Shown here in pieces: positions 58,481-64,000 of a stretch of DNA of 64,000 bases; positions within the stretch are counted from its first letter, which is position 1; each line of letters opens with the position of its first letter. A program made the position numbers and the translations under genes. The DNA comes from the human T2T-CHM13v2.0 reference genome, Homo sapiens. The DNA lies in the NCBI RefSeq assembly GCF_009914755.1, contig NC_060938.1; one strand, written 5' to 3'. Below the pieces are notes generated by a model. The model saw nothing but the letters and a program-made list of their open reading frames with translations. It made no database searches and was not told the DNA's origin.

Positions 58481-58675
58481 GATTGTAAAATCTTTTGCAA
58501 GTTATTTAACCTCTTTAAATGTTTGTTTCTTGGCATGTAAAATGGAGGTGATACAAAATAAACTATCTACTTAATTGAGGCACTATGATGATTGAACCAG
58601 AAAAACCCATGAAAAACATTTAGCTCTGTGTTCACCAATGATAAATGTTCGATCCTATGTGAGGAGCTACCAAAA

Positions 58676-59115
58676 CAGTGGCTCTTAGCCTAGAGTTTTT
58701 AGAGTATGTGAATGTTCCCTTCACATACATGGGGTGCACTCCTATGATAATATTTTTTACCCTGTATTATTGAAAAGAATTAGTTAATAGGCATGTTAGA
58801 TATGCTGATATGCTCCAATGTAAGGTGATCTTCCATTTTTCAAATAATGAGAATCCCAAAGATGTTTGCTCAACTGAAATATTTAACTAGATAACACTAT
58901 CCTATGTTTATTTATAACACTTTAATTAAACATACAGATTTAAAATACATGAAATTTCCATTTTCACATTTCAATTTTATTCCAATTTTTAAAATATCAG
59001 CATCTACAACACAGTTACTCCTATTTTTTGAGACATCTAAGCTTTCCAATAAAATTATGTTCACTTCCTTCCAAGTAGTCTGAGATAAGGCACTTTTTGA
59101 ATTCATATCTATGTA
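58676..59115 (-). mobile_element. Possible hAT-Charlie DNA transposon fragment
   Basis: Starts cagtggctctt (Charlie-like TIR). Minus ORF SKSALS...KNRSNCVVDADI weakly resembles the hAT dimerisation domain. Weak call. Confidence 0.3.
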
Positions 59116-59119
59116 TATA

Positions 59120-59455
59120 TTCAACATATGAGTCTATGCTAAGTAAAAGAAACTGGTCACAAAAGACCACATATTGTATTATTCCATTTATATAAATGTC
59201 CAGAACAGTCAAATTTATAAAGCCAGAAAGTAGATTAGTGGTTTCCAAAGGTAGTAGTAAAGGAGGTGTGGGGAAAGAATAGGAAGTGATTATTAATGGA
59301 TATGAAGTTTCTTCTTGGGATGATAAAAATGTTTAAAATTAGATTTTGTTAATGGCTGTGCAACTCTGTACATACTAAAGCCATTGACTCGTACAATTTA
59401 AAAAGATGAATTTCATGTTATATGAATTATATCTCAATAAAACTGCTTTTAAAAA
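59120..59455 (+). mobile_element. L1MB-type 3' end
   Basis: atgctaagtaaaagaaactggtcacaaaagaccacatattg...atatctcaataaaactg. Confidence 0.85.
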
Positions 59456-59665
59456 GCCCTGGTAAGTATAACAGGAAATATGAAACTATTTAAAGTTGTA
59501 TGTACTATATCACATGTTCCAAAAAGGTATAAAGCTAAAACTAATGGAAGAAAAAGGGAACACAAAAACCTGTCATCTAAGTGGAAGATTTTAACACATA
59601 CCTCTCAATTCTGCACATCTCTCAATAAATACACAAAAACAATGAATACAAATATAAATAATTTG

Positions 59666-59960
59666 GGCCAGGCACGGTGGCTCATGCCTGTAATACCAGC
59701 AGTTTGGGAGGCAGAGATGGGTGGATCACAAGATCAGGAGTTCAAGACCAGCCTGGCTAAGATGGTGAAACCCTGTCTCTACTAAAAATATAAAAATTAA
59801 TCGGGCACGGTGGTGGGCGCCTGTAATCCCAGGTACTCGGGAGGCTGAGGCAGAGAACTGCTTGAACCCTGGAGGTGGAGGTTGCAGTGAGCCAAGATCG
59901 CGCCACTGCACTTCAGCCTGGGTGACAGCGCGAGACTCCATCTCTAAATAAATAAATAAA
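59666..59960 (+). mobile_element. AluS (Sg/Sc-like)
   Basis: Full dimer with (TAAA)n tail. Confidence 0.92.
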
Positions 59961-60299
59961 CACACAAATTGAACAATATGATAAACAAACTTGACATAAT
60001 TGACATAGATAAAACACAGCACTGAACAGATGCAGAATGCATATTCTCATCAAATTTCCTCAGAATATTTACAAAAGTAAACCCTGTGCCATGTCACTAA
60101 GGAAATTCAACAGATTTTGCAATACAGAAATCATATAAAATATAGTTTTTGTCGACATAAGGATAAGCTAAAAAAAAAAAAACACCCAGATATATTCTAT
60201 GTGGAATTCACCACATTTATACAATAAAGGAGGAAAAACAAATGATTATCTCAAAAGATACAGAAAAAGCACTTGACAAACATCAGTGTTGATTCATAC

Positions 60300-62513
60300 T
60301 AGCTACTGAATCCAACAGCACGTCAAAAAGATAATACATCATCTAAATGGGTTTCATCCCAGAGATGCCAGGATGGTTTAACATACATCACATAACAGAA
60401 TTAAAAACAAAAACCATACGATCATCTCAGTAGATGCAGAAAAAGCAAAAACTCTCAAAAAACTAAGCATAAAAGGGACTTACCTCAAAATAATAAAAGT
60501 CATATATGACAAACCCAGAGCCAACATCAATTAAATGGGGAAAAGTTGAAAGCATTCCCCCTGAGAACAGAAACAAGACAAGTACCCCCACTGTCACCAC
60601 TCCTATTCAACATCGTTCTGCAAGTCCGAGCCAGAGCAGTGAAGCAAAAGAAAGAAATAAAGGGCATCCCAATTGGAAAAGAGGAAGTCAAACTATCACT
60701 GTTTGCAGACAATATGATCGCATACCTAGAAAATCCTAAAGACGCCACAAAAAGAGGCCTAGATGTGATAAACAAATTCAGTAAAGTCTCAGGTTACAAA
60801 ATCAATGTACTTAAATCAGTGGCACTGCTATACACCAACAGTGACCAAGATGAGAATTACATCAAGAACTCAATCCCTTTTACAAGTGAAACAAACAAAC
60901 AAACAAACAAACAAAAACCTACGAATATACTTAACTAAGGAGGTGAAAGGTTGCTACAAGAAAAACTGCAAAACGCTGCCAAAAGAAATCATAGATGACA
61001 CAAACAAGTGGAAATGCATCCCATGTTTGTGGATTGGAAGAGTAAATATTATGAAAATGACCATACTGCCCAAAGCAATCTACAGATTCAATGCAATACC
61101 CATCAAACATAAACATTATTTTTCACAGAATTAGAAAAAATAATCCTAAAATTCACATGGAACAAAAAAGAGCCCAAATAGCCAAGCAATCCTAAGCAAA
61201 AAGAACAAATCTGGAAGTATCACATTACCAGACTTCAAATTATACTACAGAACTATAGTTATCAAAATAGCATGGTACTGGTATAAAAGTAGACCAATGG
61301 AACAGAATAGAGAACCCAGAAATAAAGCCAAATATTTGCAACAAACTGATCTTCAACAAAGCATACAAAAACATAAATTGGGGAATTAACACCCTATTTA
61401 ATAAATGGTGTGGGACTGGCAAACCACATGTAGAAAAATGAAAATGGATCTCTATCTCTCATCTTGTAAAAAAAAAATCAACAGGAGATGGATCAAAGAC
61501 TTAAATCTAAGACGTGAAACCATAAAAATTCTAGAAGACAATATTGGAAAAACTCTTCTAGACATCGGTCTGACTAAAAATTCACGACTAAGACCCCAAA
61601 AGCAAAGGCAACAAAACCAAAAATAAATAATGGAGCCTAATTAAACTAAAAAGCTTCTGCACAGCAAAAGAAATAATCATCACAGTAAACAGCCCAAAGA
61701 ATGGGAGAAAATATTTGCAAACTATGCATCTGATGAAGGACTAGTATCCAGAACCTACAAATAACTCAAACAAATCAGCAAGAAAAAAAAAAAATCCCAT
61801 CAAAAAGTGGGCAAAGGACACGAATAGATATTTCTCAAAAGAAGATATATAAATGGCCAACAAACATATGAAAAATGCTCAAAATCACTGAGCATCAAGG
61901 AAATACAAATTAAAACCACAATGAGATACCCTCCTTACTCCTGCAAGAATGGCCATAATTAAAAAGTCAAAAAACAATAGATGTTGGTATGGATGGGGAG
62001 AAAAGGGAAGGCTTATACGTTGCTGGCGGAAATGTAAATGAGTATAACCTCTACGGAAAACAGTATGGAGATTTGTTAAAGAACTAAAAGTAGATCTACC
62101 ATTTGATTCAGCAATCCCACTACTGGGTATTTACCCAAAGGGAAGGGAGTCATTATATGAAAAAGACACATGCACACATATGTTCATAGCAGCACAATTC
62201 ACAATTGCAAAGATGTGGAACCAACTTAAGTGCCCATCAACTAATGAGCAGATAAAGAAAGTGTGGTATATACACACCATGGAATATTACTCAGCCATAA
62301 AAAGGAATGAAATAATGTCTTTTGCAGCAACTTGGATGGAGCTGAAGGCCATTATTCTAAGTGAAATAACACAAAAGTGGAAAACCAAAAATCATATGTT
62401 CTCACTTATAAGTGGGAGCTGAGCTATGAGTACACAAAGGCATTTAGAGTGATATAATGGACTTTAGAGACTCAGAAGGGGGAGGATGAGAGGAGAGCTA
62501 GGGATAAAAAAAA
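60300..62513 (+). mobile_element. 5'-truncated L1PB-type element (ORF2 RT to partial 3' UTR)
   Basis: ORFs 60546-60938 ([21 protein letters not shown]), 60805-61134 and 62180-62422; PB-type 3' UTR gagctatgagtacacaaaggcatttagagtgatataatggac. Confidence 0.9.
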
Positions 62514-62559
62514 GTTATCAATTGTCTCTATCATGAGGGTGAAAAGCATACTATAGACT

Positions 62560-63880
62560 GGACTTGACAAGAGACTCATATCCAAAATACAAAAAGCTCC
62601 TACAACTCAATAAAAAATGGCCAAAAGCTACATTAAAAATTAGGCAATGAACTTGAAAAAGCATAAAAAAGGATATCCAAATACCCAATTAACTTATGAA
62701 ACTTAGCTATTATAGACATGCAAAATAAGCCAATGATGAAATATTACTAAATGCCTACAAAAGAATGGCTAGTTAAAGAGTGGTGATATCAAGTATTAAC
62801 TAGAGCCACCAGAACTTCCATGTACTCCTGGCCAGCACATAAACTGATGCAATAGTTTAGAAAAAATGTTGATACTACTATAGCATTTGAAAACACTGTA
62901 TGTAAAAACCATAGAATACAGTTAAGATAGTGCTCAGAAAAAAGTTTATAGCATTAAATATTCAATATTACAAATAAAGATAAAAACTAATGAAATATGT
63001 ATCCATTTTAACAAATTTAAAAAAGAACAGCAAAATAAACCCAAAGGAAATGGAAGCAAGGAAATAAAGTTCAGAGTAGAAATTAGTAAAATAGAAAGCA
63101 AACATGCAATAGAGAAAATGGTTAACAAAGCAAAAGTATAATTAAATTGATAAACCTCTAATGAGATTAATCTAGGGGAAAAAAGAGAGATCATGCATAT
63201 AACAAACATTAAGAATGAAAAGAGAAAGTAAATGTAGATTCTTCAAATACGAAAAGATTAAAATCTATTATGAATAACTTTTTACTAATATATTAGAAAA
63301 TTTAGATGAAATGAGTTTCTAGAGAAATAGAACATACAGCTAACTCAAGAAGAAATTGAAAGCCTGAATAGTCATATACCATAAGAAATTGAATCAGCAC
63401 TCAAAGATCTTTCCAAAAAAAACAATTTATAAGCTTAGATGGCTGCAACAGGGTATCTGCCAACATTCAAAAAAGAAATAATTTTACACATACTATTCCA
63501 GAAAATAGAAAAATAAGGATACTCCCCAATTCATTTTATGAAGCTTACATAACCTTAATAGCAAACTCTAATGAAGATGTTATAAAATAGGAAAATTACA
63601 AGCCAACTTTACTTATGAACATATATGCAAAAATCCTGAACAAATAATTAGCAAATTTACTTCAATGTCAGATTGATCTACTTTAGGAATTCAAGATTGG
63701 TTTAACTTTAGACAGTCAATTACTGTAATTCACTACATTAACAGATTAGAGGGAAAAAACAATAGAAACAAGAAAAATAGTGTGATAGAAAATTCAACAT
63801 ACATTCATGATTAAAACAAACAAAAAACAAAAAACCTTAGCAACCTAAGACTAGAAGGGAACTTCCTCAATCTTAAAAAT
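62560..63880 (+). mobile_element. Old L1M ORF2 fragments
   Basis: aaaatttagatgaaatg; ccccaattcattttatgaagc; caagattggtttaac; tagaagggaacttcctcaa. Confidence 0.75.
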
Positions 63881-63896
63881 TTCCCCCTAAGCAGTA

Positions 63897-64000
63897 TTCC
63901 CAGCTACTCAGGAGGCTGAGGGAGGAGGTTCACTTGAGCCCAGGAGTTTGAGTTCAGCCTGGGCAACATAGCAAGGTCCCATCTCTACATAAATAAATAA
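63897..64000 (+). mobile_element. FLAM_A-type Alu monomer, at the window edge
   Basis: cccagctactcaggaggctgag...cacttgagcccaggagtttgagttcagcctgggcaacatagc. Confidence 0.8.

Overview
Human (primate) genomic DNA, AT-rich and densely filled with interspersed repeats. The only protein-coding sequence I can support is the last two coding exons of SCFD1 (Sly1, Sec1/Munc18 family) on the + strand: 8606-8674 (GKQGKHILYGCSELFNATQFIKQ) and 9402-9425 (LSQLGQK*), with poly(A) signals at about 9589 and 9609. Bases 1-8605 are therefore intronic and everything after about 9630 is downstream intergenic sequence (from memory 14q12, towards COCH). The rest is Alu (about 23 copies), L1 of many ages, L2/MIR/L3, MaLR and ERV LTRs, and a MER58A. 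Nearly all ORF-track entries are Alu/L1 read-throughs or chance ORFs. The most unusual items are: (1) two related, oppositely oriented class III (ERVL-like) proviral remnants in the SCFD1 intron, which carry a long unexplained region between pol/dUTPase and the PPT/3' LTR and share a perfect 30-nt inverted block; (2) a roughly 30-nt U6 5'-end retrocopy with an A tail and a 15-bp TSD; (3) four local templated duplication or inversion scars (11727/12790, 15960/16460, 22146-22243, 35857-36270); (4) a young, roughly 230-bp L1PA2-type insertion. I see no CRISPR array, tRNA, rRNA or prokaryote-type system, and no convincing novel gene. Repeat subfamily names come from remembered consensus sequences, and boundaries of old repeats are approximate.
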